DNA of 63,511 bases, filler included. It is 5 parts of 5 records of this genome, joined end to end, with 100 filler letters (N's around TTAATTAATTAA, not from the genome) between each part and the next. Parts side by side here need not be neighbours in the genome. Positions count along the whole stretch, not along the records: positions 29,105 to 42,965 come from DRR723986_53616; positions 43,066 to 51,983 come from DRR723986_54118; 3 more parts are not named here. One strand, 5' to 3'. The notes under the pieces are model-generated. The model searched no databases, was not told the origin of the DNA, and was given only the letters and a program-made list of their open reading frames with translations. The translations under genes were made by a program, and so were the position numbers. How positions within the stretch are numbered: position 1 is the first letter of the stretch; every line of letters begins with the position of its first letter. Shown here piece after piece: positions 40,796 through 49,173 of this stretch.

Positions 40796-41743
40796 ATGAA
40801 AAAGGTGTTGCTTTTAATAGTGATGTGCTGCTCAATGACGGTATTGGCTGAAAAGACACAGGTATCCATATTGGTTGATGCCGGTCATGGTGGCAAAGAT
40901 CCTGGTCATCTCCCTCACAATAGTTCAGGCTTGCAAGAAAAAGTACTAGCGTTAGAAATTGCAATGAAGGTCGGTAATTATTTGACAACCTATCTTTCAA
41001 ATGTCAATATTGAATATACCCGTGTGGATGATTCATATCCAACACTTGATCAACGCGTAGATCAAGCAAATTCAGGTCAGTTCGATTTAATGTTGAGTAT
41101 TCATATTAATGGTTCACCAAGATCTGAAGTTTACGGTACTGAAACATTAATCCACAATTATGATTCAAAACAATCATTTTCTTGGGCGAAATTAATCGAA
41201 CAACAGTTTAAAAAAAGAGCTGGAAGAAAGAGCCGTGGAGTTAAAACATCTGCTGATTTAGGGCATTCATTGCAAATATTGAAATTTACCAAAATTCCAA
41301 CGGTGATTGTAGAATGTGGTTTTATCACTAATATCAATGAAGCGGCTTATTTAAATTCTATTTATGGGCAAGAAATTATAGCCTCTGCAATATTTAGAGC
41401 CACCAGAGAGTATTTACAGTCTACCTATAAATCCATTGATTTTAGTCCTCCGCCCGCAGTTGAGCCAACCTTAGAACCAGAAACTGCAGTAAGTTCTGAA
41501 GAAGAGGAAGTAGAATCTTATTATACCGTTCAAATCATGGCTTCCATTGATCCAGTGGATCTTGACATACCGCAATTTAAAAAGCTTGATAAACCAGTAA
41601 ATCGAGTAGAAGTTGAAACAACTAGCCTATATAAATACAAGTATTATGTGGGTTCATTTGCGTCTAAAAAAGATGCGAAAACTCTTCAAAAAGAGATTCA
41701 GGAAAATGGATTTGCTGATGCTTTTGTGACCTATATTAAGTAG
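40796..41743 (+). CDS. N-acetylmuramoyl-L-alanine amidase with a C-terminal SPOR-like domain
   Basis: DAGHGGKDPG, EK, SIHIN and VECGF motifs; YKYYVG..GFADAFV. Confidence 0.92.
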   Translation: MKKVLLLIVMCCSMTVLAEKTQVSILVDAGHGGKDPGHLPHNSSGLQEKVLALEIAMKVGNYLTTYLSNVNIEYTRVDDSYPTLDQRVDQANSGQFDLMLSIHINGSPRSEVYGTETLIHNYDSKQSFSWAKLIEQQFKKRAGRKSRGVKTSADLGHSLQILKFTKIPTVIVECGFITNINEAAYLNSIYGQEIIASAIFRATREYLQSTYKSIDFSPPPAVEPTLEPETAVSSEEEEVESYYTVQIMASIDPVDLDIPQFKKLDKPVNRVEVETTSLYKYKYYVGSFASKKDAKTLQKEIQENGFADAFVTYIK

Positions 41744-41889
41744 ATTTCTGCGGACACTACTTAAAGTGAAAGCCCAAAACAGCGTATTTTCTGGAGCTTC
41801 AGATTTTCTTCTAAAACACTCATATTTAATTTGATAAGTTAAAAAAAAGACTTAACTTGCTTTATACACATGAAGAAAAACACATACTT

Positions 41890-42345
41890 ATGGCTACTGT
41901 ATTTGAAACTCGACTAATTGGAAACATTGGAAAAGACGCAATTGTAAGAAACATGGATAAAGGCGTAATTGCCGTAAATTTTCCTGTTGCACATAACAAG
42001 AACTGGCGTGATAAACGCACAGGTGAACAACGCACTAAAACAACATGGGTAAATTGCACAATCTGGAAAAGAGATGGTGCTAACATGAGAATCCTAGACT
42101 TCTTAACTAAGGGAACCTTGGTGGAGGTAGTGGGCACACCCTTTGCCAAGGGATATTTAAATGATGATCAAAGTGTAAAAGCTGAAATTAGATTGAACGT
42201 ATCCAAAACTAATATTCTACGGCCTTCTAAAGGAGAGCGTGTTGAAATAGAATATGAAGAAATCGAAAACGAAACTGAAAATTCTTACGCTTCAGGAGAC
42301 GACACTGCTCGTGTTCTCGAAGAATTAGAGCATGACCTATTTTAA
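41890..42345 (+). CDS. ssb: Single-stranded DNA-binding protein (divergent)
   Basis: LIGNIGKDA, TTWVNC and KGTLVEVVG OB-fold motifs; acidic tail ending DLF. Confidence 0.85.
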   Translation: MATVFETRLIGNIGKDAIVRNMDKGVIAVNFPVAHNKNWRDKRTGEQRTKTTWVNCTIWKRDGANMRILDFLTKGTLVEVVGTPFAKGYLNDDQSVKAEIRLNVSKTNILRPSKGERVEIEYEEIENETENSYASGDDTARVLEELEHDLF

Positions 42346-42365
42346 CTTTTGATTTAACGAAAATG

Positions 42366-42398
42366 AAAAGGGGGAAGCGAATTGACTTCCCCCTTTTT
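42366..42398. terminator. Bidirectional terminator
   Basis: AAAAGGGGGAAG/CTTCCCCCTTTT. Confidence 0.8.
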
Positions 42399-42799
42399 TA
42401 TTTTATCACCTTTTTGTTTTTCGAATCAAATTCAATTCCGTTGTAAAAGAGGGACTTAATTTTTAGATTTTTTTTACAAAACAGACCAGTTAACTTGTAT
42501 TCAACGTTAAGCGTATCCAAATCATTTTCATCTACTTTTATTAAAATATCTTCACCACTATTGATCCGGTCAGTTTCAATCAACAAGGCTTTACCAGACT
42601 TTGTTGATATGATTTCAATTGGCTGATAAATTTCGTTGTAATTTGATTGCATGAGCCAAGTTGAGTCGCTCGCTGCATCTGGAAGTACTGAATTTCCATT
42701 GCTATCATTAACTTCAAGACTAAACGAGGGAGGAGCAATTTTACAACAAGAACTTAAGATCAGCAATATTGCTCCAACTAAAATGATGGGCGTTTTCAT
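42398..42799 (-). CDS. Hypothetical lipoprotein
   Basis: LSSC lipobox. Confidence 0.6.
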   Translation of the reverse strand: MKTPIILVGAILLILSSCCKIAPPSFSLEVNDSNGNSVLPDAASDSTWLMQSNYNEIYQPIEIISTKSGKALLIETDRINSGEDILIKVDENDLDTLNVEYKLTGLFCKKNLKIKSLFYNGIEFDSKNKKVIK

Positions 42800-42879
42800 G
42801 TAGTTTCTTTATGAGATGATGCGTTTTGGTGAGTATGGGTTGCATGATAAGTAGATTCAAATCTAAAAACTTCGTCTAC

Positions 42880-42911
42880 AAAAAAAGCCACCAGTAAAAC
42901 TGATGGCTTTT
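42880..42911 (-). terminator. Terminator downstream of the tRNA
   Basis: AAAAGCCACCAG/CTGATGGCTTTT. Confidence 0.75.
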
Positions 42912-42912
42912 G

Positions 42913-42965
42913 CTCCTCCTCTAGGACTTGAACCTAGGACCCTCTGATTAACAGTCAGATGCTCT
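42913..42965 (-). tRNA. tRNA-Asn(GTT), 5' end lost at the contig edge
   Basis: Minus strand AGAGCA-TCTGA-CTGTTAA-TCAGA-GGGTC-CTAGG-TTCAAGT-CCTAG-AGGAGGA-G: anticodon arm with GTT, T arm and acceptor strand. Confidence 0.95.
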
Positions 42966-43065
42966 NNNNNNNNNNNNNNNNNNNNNNNNNNNNNNNNNNN
43001 NNNNNNNNNTTAATTAATTAANNNNNNNNNNNNNNNNNNNNNNNNNNNNNNNNNNNNNNNNNNNN
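42966..43065. other. Artificial contig linker
   Basis: N44-TTAATTAATTAA-N44; composition shifts from AT-rich to GC-rich across it. Confidence 0.98.
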
Positions 43066-43246
43066 CCCAGCCATATTGGGTTGAGCCGGGAAAGGGGGAT
43101 GCAGAGACATCACCGTCTGCGCCAGACACGCCGTAGTTGCCGGAACCTGTCCAGCCTGTAATCGCAATAGCTGATGCTGTTGATGCGTACCCGATAACAC
43201 CTGCCGCGATTGCGGCGCTCATGCTGAGCTGCTTTGCCAATTTCAT
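43066..43246 (-). CDS. Secreted low-complexity protein, 3'-truncated (probable PEP-CTERM family)
   Basis: Signal peptide ending STASA, then a G/S/T-rich mature start; upstream sigma-54 promoter. The sorting signal itself lies outside the contig. Confidence 0.55.
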
Positions 43247-43307
43247 GTATTCAGTCCTTTGTCATTTGTCTGGTTCGCTTGTGTTGGCTGAAAGCCGCGC
43301 CCAAATA

Positions 43308-43323
43308 AGCAATAATGGTGCCT
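43308..43323 (-). promoter_or_regulatory. Sigma-54 promoter AGGCAC-CATTA-TTGCT
   Basis: Canonical GG-N10-GC with GGCAC and TTGC, upstream of the ATG at 43246. Confidence 0.8.
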
Positions 43324-43385
43324 TTTTTAAAATTCCCTATTAAACAATGAGTTATATATTCACCAAGTGGGCTTTTAAGAATGTG

Positions 43386-43402
43386 TGTAAATTATCTCGG
43401 CG
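43386..43402. promoter_or_regulatory. Candidate PEP-CTERM box / PrsR activator site
   Basis: TGTAAATTATCTCGGCG about 65-80 nt upstream of the -24; IHF-like AAACAATGAGTTA at 43342-43354 lies between. Confidence 0.45.
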
Positions 43403-43449
43403 GTATGATGGGTGTTGTATTGGTGTTGCGGGGTCTGGCCGTGAGTGTC

Positions 43450-43890
43450 AGGCCCTCTCTCGCCAAGGTCGAATACCCGGTGCCACTGGCCGTAGGGCAG
43501 GGGGGGGCAATCTGGCTGCGGATAACCTCTAGCGCGCCTTCAATCATCTGCCGGTTGCGGGTGAAGCCGATTTTAAGCGTATCTTTTAGCATGGCGGGCA
43601 GGAAGAGGGCTCGGAGCAAAGGATAGGGCCGCTGAAGCCCGCACCGAACAGGTAGGGAATGCGGCCAATGTGCTCCAGGTGCATGTGGGTAACCACCAAA
43701 GCGCGAATGTGTCTATGGGGAAGTCCAGGCCCGGATTGTCGGCACTGGTTTGGCCTTTGGCCTCACCGCTCTGGAACAGCCCCCAATCCACCAATACACC
43801 CTCTCTGTCGTCGCCCGGAGCTTCAAGGGTAAGTTCATGACAGGAGCCGATTACGCCGGCAACCGTGCCGTGGTGCTTTGTGGTAATCAT
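43450..43890 (-). pseudogene. Beta-CASP MBL-fold metallo-hydrolase remnant
   Basis: MITTKHHGTVAGVIGSCHEL..VDWGLFQ / IRALVVTHMHLEHIGRIPYL..PILCSEPS / LPAMLKDTLKIGF / LPYGQW are split by three frameshifts, then truncated; end coordinate approximate. Confidence 0.8.
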
Positions 43891-44070
43891 GGTAAGTTTC
43901 TGGTGGTTGGTTTGGAGCGTCCTGCTCTGGGGTGAAGTTGTGCGTGATATCAGATGGTTGGGGGCGCGGCAACCCAGTCCCACTCGAAATGATTGACATC
44001 AGAACCTGAATAGAAAAAAATTGAAAATAGCTAGACTTGGATGTCATCTCATACACTGCATGGAGGCTTT

Positions 44071-44757
44071 ATGAGTAACCCTGCTGTCGCAGATCGTTAC
44101 GTTACCGCTGATTTTAATAATGCACCGTTACTGGCCTTGGCCGATCTGATGGGCCTCAAGAGTTACCTGCCTGAAATCTCCAAGGACCCGGAAGCTTATT
44201 CGCCTATCCTCTCGGGGATTGCGGTTTATCGGCACCTCCCTTCCGTCGAGCGTCAAAATGTTAATCGCGCCATTATCAATAGAGTCCCTCACAGCAATCT
44301 GACGGCCCGTTTTATGAATCTGGTGAGTGACCAAAGTGTTCAACCCTATTGGTACATGTGGTCTCTCTCCGACGAGGATGTGAAGGACTTTTTCTCTTTC
44401 AGTTCCACCACGGCAACGGTTACCGATCAGTTTAATCCCCTGTCCACTCCTGAAGCTACAGCCGCTACCGTAGCTGGTGCCGCCTATATCATAGCCAAAG
44501 GCGGCCCGCAGGCATTTGCCTCTCAGGCGGTCTCATCTTTGAGAAAAAGCGAACTCGTCATGGCTGTCGCCCGGCGTTTTGGTTTGGGGCCAGAGGTTGT
44601 GAGGGCTCTTGGTGTGGCGACTGTCCCAGCACTCGTTGTGATCTCAGGTCTCAACATCATGGCGAAGAAACAAGCTGCACAAGCCAAAAGAGAGCTGGCA
44701 GCTCGAGGACTCCTTGTTTACGGCGACCTAAAGCATGCTTGTAGTTCTTTTGGTTAG
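44071..44757 (+). CDS. Hypothetical protein with an Ala/Gly-rich hydrophobic C-terminal half
   Basis: GGAGG RBS at 44062-44066; 228 aa; overlaps the next gene. Confidence 0.75.
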   Translation: MSNPAVADRYVTADFNNAPLLALADLMGLKSYLPEISKDPEAYSPILSGIAVYRHLPSVERQNVNRAIINRVPHSNLTARFMNLVSDQSVQPYWYMWSLSDEDVKDFFSFSSTTATVTDQFNPLSTPEATAATVAGAAYIIAKGGPQAFASQAVSSLRKSELVMAVARRFGLGPEVVRALGVATVPALVVISGLNIMAKKQAAQAKRELAARGLLVYGDLKHACSSFG

Positions 44758-45031
44758 CGGTTTTGGTGGCGCTTTCTTCTACTACGCGATGTTAAGGGGG
44801 ATTCAGATGGGGACTCTGTCAAAGGGCCCGATGCTTTGGTCCCGATGTGTTGCTGCGTGCGCTTTGATGTTCGCCGCATGCGCCAGCGTCATCGTCCAGT
44901 ACTTTTTTGATGACGTTTCATACCTCCTGATATTGGCGCTCTGGCCGGTATTCATTCTCGCACTTGAACCTGCCTACCATCTTGTCGGTCGCAGCGTTGG
45001 TACGGAAAAATTAGAGGCGAAACAAGAATGA
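44735..45031 (+). CDS. Small three-TM membrane protein
   Basis: 98 aa with three hydrophobic segments; overlaps both neighbours. Confidence 0.7.
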   Translation: MLVVLLVSGFGGAFFYYAMLRGIQMGTLSKGPMLWSRCVAACALMFAACASVIVQYFFDDVSYLLILALWPVFILALEPAYHLVGRSVGTEKLEAKQE

Positions 45032-45474
45032 AAGGCCGATTTACCATTTCACTCCCCGGCTTGCAGCCTCTCCGGTTCGGCTGGCTCCCGATAGTTCTTG
45101 GAGGTCTACTGTGTTCATTCGTATCGGCGAAAGAGGCTGAAGTGCCCTATGACGAACGACTGCTTCCGGTGGCCATTACATTTCTGGACTTACTCTTATG
45201 TTCCAGTTTTGCGGACGAATTTGAAGGAAATGAGGTGTTGGCTACGCGCTATAGGGTGGCGGCATCGACCTTATATGACTCAGCTATTGATCGGGGATGG
45301 GACAAGGACTTGTTTGCGTCGGCGATGGTAGTCGCCCACGAGGGAAAGTCCTTGCTTGAAGTTGCTGAGGGCGAAACAAGAGAAAGCTTTAAACGGCGTC
45401 ATCAGTCGGGCACGCCGTGTGATGAGGCGATGGAACGAGCTCAAAACCACGTTGAAAATGGCCTGCTCGAATGA
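45028..45474 (+). CDS. Hypothetical exported protein
   Basis: ATGA overlap with the upstream gene; hydrophobic leader ending FVSA. Confidence 0.6.
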   Translation: MKGRFTISLPGLQPLRFGWLPIVLGGLLCSFVSAKEAEVPYDERLLPVAITFLDLLLCSSFADEFEGNEVLATRYRVAASTLYDSAIDRGWDKDLFASAMVVAHEGKSLLEVAEGETRESFKRRHQSGTPCDEAMERAQNHVENGLLE

Positions 45475-45595
45475 GCAATATCTGTCTGACGGCAACCTGC
45501 TGAGTCTTCCCTCCCCCCAGTCTATATCGGCTGGTATAGTGTAACGCCTGCGACTTTACCGGAACTGGCATCGGTAGGGTAGGCGAGTTCTGACC

Positions 45596-45667
45596 ATGCG
45601 TCGTATTCGAGTATTCATCATTATCAGTGGCGTGATTGCCTTGGTACTTTGGCGCGTCCTCTCCTAA
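45596..45667 (+). CDS. Candidate 23-aa single-TM peptide
   Basis: MRRIRVFIIISGVIALVLWRVLS; purine-rich upstream sequence. Confidence 0.3.
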   Translation: MRRIRVFIIISGVIALVLWRVLS

Positions 45668-46040
45668 TCCAGCGAGTTCAGGTTGGTTGACACAGGCAAA
45701 GAGCGGCTCGGTCTGGTGTGGACATTACTGAAATAGCTGGCTACTATTCAGCCTCCTGTATTTAGACGGATCGTGTTAAGACGGCTTAAGGACTAAGCCC
45801 ATGCCCGAAGTTTTCTTTCCTAGTCGACCTTACCTCGCCCGTCGAAATAATTGGTTTGTTCTCAGGCACCTTTATTCCATTGTTCTGTCGCTTGGCCATT
45901 GGTCCGTGCGGATGATCCAATGACTGATGTGCCAAAAGTCAGGCGTCATGCAGCCAGGTTTGATCGGGCTTTCGTTGCGTTAGTTGTGTTGGTTATGCGC
46001 AATAGCGCATAAAAAGTTTATCTTTAAAGGGAGTTTTTCT

Positions 46041-47144
46041 GTGAAACGTTCATTGTCCTTGTTGTCTGCCGCATTTGTGGTTGTTGGGCTGGTGGGGTGT
46101 GCTGCTCCTAAGGTGGTTGATAATACACCGCTGGTTGATACCAGTGTTGTCAAAGCGAAGTATGTTATCGGTGGATATATTCTTCCGGACTCTCGTGGAG
46201 AACAGGTGACCTACACATTGGCTGATCGACGTACCATCGAAAACAAGATGGAGTTCGATTCCTGGGTGTCACGGCAGTTTTTCGGGGAAACTCACGAGGC
46301 TGATATTGCGCGATTGGATCGAAATCTCCAGTGGCAGGTTGATCACGCGAGGGAGTCTTATATCGAATGCCCACTTAAGGGTTGTGCGGATCTGAATATT
46401 TGGGATCAGCTGAAGGAAAGCGACTCTGGTGAAGAGGAAGAGATGTACGACCCATCCGGAGGTGATGCTTGCCCGATGACTACCGCTGATTTCAGCTTTA
46501 CCGTAACCCCAAGGGATAAAGGCCGCGTAGTGAATGGTTTTACCGCAGATCAGTTTGTTGCCGAGTGGAAAATGGTGGCGAAGGATGAGCGGGGAGCTGA
46601 GGACAGGCATGTAGTGACTATGGATTTCTGGATGACTCAGGCTGATGACGCTATGCATGATGTCTGGGATATCAACGGTCAGTTTCAGGAGAATTACCTT
46701 AAGGCTGTATCGGATTCCAGTAACCCGTTGTCGAAGTTTTTCACGGATCGCGTTTACAAAGTCATTGCCATGGTTTCCGGTGATATCGAGAAGCAGGAAC
46801 TGGATTCCGATTCCGATGTTCTGAAAGGGCTTGCTCAGCTGGAAGGGTATCCGGTGTCTATCAAGCTGGAGTGGTTTGCCGACAATCAGGCCTGCCAGCA
46901 GGAGAAACGAGAAGCGTCTGAAGCTGGTGGGTTTGACGTAAGTGACCCGGTGGGTTCCCTTGGCAAGCTCGCAGGAGGCATGCTGGAAACAGCCGCCAAG
47001 GAAAAGGCAAAGAACTATATGGGATACGGGAAAGATAAACCTGTTTTCACCTACATTTACGATGTCACCAGTGCAGAGATTCGAGCCGAACACGAAAGCC
47101 GTTTTGACGTTCCCGCAAGTTACAAGCTGCAGGATCGTCGTTGA
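46041..47144 (+). CDS. Hypothetical lipoprotein
   Basis: GTG start with GGGAG RBS; LVGC lipobox; acidic beta-rich body. Confidence 0.8.
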   Translation: MKRSLSLLSAAFVVVGLVGCAAPKVVDNTPLVDTSVVKAKYVIGGYILPDSRGEQVTYTLADRRTIENKMEFDSWVSRQFFGETHEADIARLDRNLQWQVDHARESYIECPLKGCADLNIWDQLKESDSGEEEEMYDPSGGDACPMTTADFSFTVTPRDKGRVVNGFTADQFVAEWKMVAKDERGAEDRHVVTMDFWMTQADDAMHDVWDINGQFQENYLKAVSDSSNPLSKFFTDRVYKVIAMVSGDIEKQELDSDSDVLKGLAQLEGYPVSIKLEWFADNQACQQEKREASEAGGFDVSDPVGSLGKLAGGMLETAAKEKAKNYMGYGKDKPVFTYIYDVTSAEIRAEHESRFDVPASYKLQDRR

Positions 47145-47292
47145 GGCTTTCAAGTCAGCGTTAGCCGAAGCTTGTGCTGCGTTTGCCTCTCGATGAGCGG
47201 TGCCTGAGCTGCTTTGCTGCAGGGCGTATAGAAGCCCCGCAGCGTGGCTATGAGGCGAGCAGGATATCTCGGCGCGCTCCGTTTGGCTCTGT

Positions 47293-48459
47293 TCAGGTTC
47301 TTTCAATAGCTTGGCGCACTGCTCGGTAAAGGGCGCCGGCAGTTTGGTCGAATACCCAGCGTATAAAACGGAACGTTAGATCGGTAACCGTGGTGATGGC
47401 CACCCGGGCAAAGGCTAACATGTGGCCGAGAAGGCCTTTGGTTTGGTCGGCAAACCGGCTTGAAGCGGCGGCGATTTGTTCAAGTGTTCTCGCGAGAAGG
47501 TCGTAGAACGTCAGGGATGAGCTTATTGCGGCCTGAGCCATGACCGCCGAATAGTAGCCGGCATCTTTCAAAAGCGTAACCAGTGCTGCGGATATTTTTT
47601 CCGCCCATTGGGTGGTGAAGGATGCCTCGTGCCGCCGCTCATACTCTAGCCGAATCGGTATGTTCAGGTAGTCCAGTGAGTTCTGGTGGAGTTTTGTCCA
47701 TTCACTGGAGTTGGCGGTGTTAACGTAACCCGGGCGGGCGTTCGGGCCCATACCGTGAGCATCCACGCTGATTCCGTTCCCTCGGTCGAGCCTGTATTCA
47801 AAACCGTTAATAGGTGCATGAATGAATGGCCACAATGGCACACTTGGGACAGGGTCGGCTCCGTGTGTGCACCGGTACAGGCCCTCAGTAGCCATGGTGA
47901 ACTTTGTTGAGAATCCACGCATGCCCACCCTTGGCGCTCCGAATGTGTAGACTTTTACGGGTTTTCGGTATTCGGTGCGGATCCAGTCACCGGTCAAGGA
48001 TGCCAGGGCACCTCCAAGACTGTGCCCTATACAGTGTATCCCGCTGACTCGCCCTGAGCTGAGGTGGGGTTTCAGGATTTGGCTGAGTGCGGGTCTCATG
48101 CTTTCAAAGGCTTGGTTGAACCCGGAATGAACGTGCACGCCGCTGCTGGATACCGAGAGGCCAACGTTGCCGTTTGTTAGCCAGTCGTGCGATGTTTTTG
48201 TTCCTCTTACGGCAATAACATGGTGGCCGGCGAACTGTTTTTTGCCATGGCCTACCAGCGCAAAACCAGACGTTTTCTGCCAAAGGCCGAAGACGCCACC
48301 TGTTCTGGCTTCAACACGGCCCTTTGATACGTCGAAGTCAAAGTTTGAGAGTATCTCTTTACTGAGAAAGACGTTCTGCATACCTGATGAAGGTAGTGTT
48401 CTTACGTTATATACTGCTTCGGCAAGTTCTGCGGCTATCCTTGGTGTAAGCGCTTGCAT
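47293..48459 (-). CDS. Lipase class 3 family protein
   Basis: VRGT, VHSGF, GHSLGGALA, YTFGAPRVG and DPVP motifs; no signal peptide. Confidence 0.92.
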   Translation of the reverse strand: MQALTPRIAAELAEAVYNVRTLPSSGMQNVFLSKEILSNFDFDVSKGRVEARTGGVFGLWQKTSGFALVGHGKKQFAGHHVIAVRGTKTSHDWLTNGNVGLSVSSSGVHVHSGFNQAFESMRPALSQILKPHLSSGRVSGIHCIGHSLGGALASLTGDWIRTEYRKPVKVYTFGAPRVGMRGFSTKFTMATEGLYRCTHGADPVPSVPLWPFIHAPINGFEYRLDRGNGISVDAHGMGPNARPGYVNTANSSEWTKLHQNSLDYLNIPIRLEYERRHEASFTTQWAEKISAALVTLLKDAGYYSAVMAQAAISSSLTFYDLLARTLEQIAAASSRFADQTKGLLGHMLAFARVAITTVTDLTFRFIRWVFDQTAGALYRAVRQAIERT

Positions 48460-48490
48460 TCATAAATCCTTTTAATGTTGATTGGTTTTG

Positions 48491-48988
48491 CTACCAGCGG
48501 CAAATACCCTTGATGTTATAGGTTAAATGGGAGCTGTCAGGTCTGGGGAAATGGTGATAACGCTCTTCGTTATTGAGGTCGCACTTAAGGTCTTTTAGCT
48601 TTTCTGATATGAGCGGCTCTTCAACGATGCTGTCGGTTGCGTATGCCCATAATAGATAACGATCGTTTCTGTATTCGGCAGTAATGGCCTGAATGGTACG
48701 AGCTTCAGTAAACGGTTTGCCGGGTGTTCTAGAGCGAATGCTTAGCTCTCGGAATGAAAAGCTTCCCGTACTCGACGTTGTTGTCGTTTCTACTATGGAT
48801 TTGTCATAGAAAACTTCTCTAACTATTGTAACGCCCGATATTGGCTCGCCACCGAGTGTGAGTTTGCCCTTGGTTTCTGGCCATAAAAAAACATCATGCT
48901 TTTTAAGGAACTCGAACATCCCTGCACATCCTGTGTTGGTTATTCCGGTTAGTAGGGCGAGTAAAGCTAATCTTCTTAGATGGCGCAC
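48491..48988 (-). CDS. Exported transthyretin-like/DUF6795-type protein
   Basis: Leader ending NTGC; TTTSSTGSFSF; CDL..ICRW C-terminus; 31 nt upstream of the lipase. Confidence 0.7.
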   Translation of the reverse strand: MRHLRRLALLALLTGITNTGCAGMFEFLKKHDVFLWPETKGKLTLGGEPISGVTIVREVFYDKSIVETTTTSSTGSFSFRELSIRSRTPGKPFTEARTIQAITAEYRNDRYLLWAYATDSIVEEPLISEKLKDLKCDLNNEERYHHFPRPDSSHLTYNIKGICRW

Positions 48989-49173
48989 TGTGTCAAGCGC
49001 CTTACAGATCCGAGAGGCTGGGCGGGAAAAAACTTGAAGTGACTATGCATTGATTTAGCCTTCCTTGAAATATCAGAGCGATCCGTGCCTGTATTTCGTA
49101 ATTTAACATTTACAGGAAGGCTGTCAATGTCGTGTCTTTGTGGGTGTGTTGAGAGCCGCAGTTGTGGATGGTT

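Noticed and set aside
42913-43246. tRNA-Asn as integration site for the downstream island
   Set aside because: The tRNA and the island are on different contigs separated by a linker.
43573-43983. 136-aa and 75-aa ORFs as independent genes
   Set aside because: They are fragments of one frameshifted MBL-hydrolase pseudogene.
46269-47306. 345-aa minus-strand ORF
   Set aside because: Antisense shadow of the lipoprotein gene, which has an RBS and a lipobox; the translation has no recognisable motifs.
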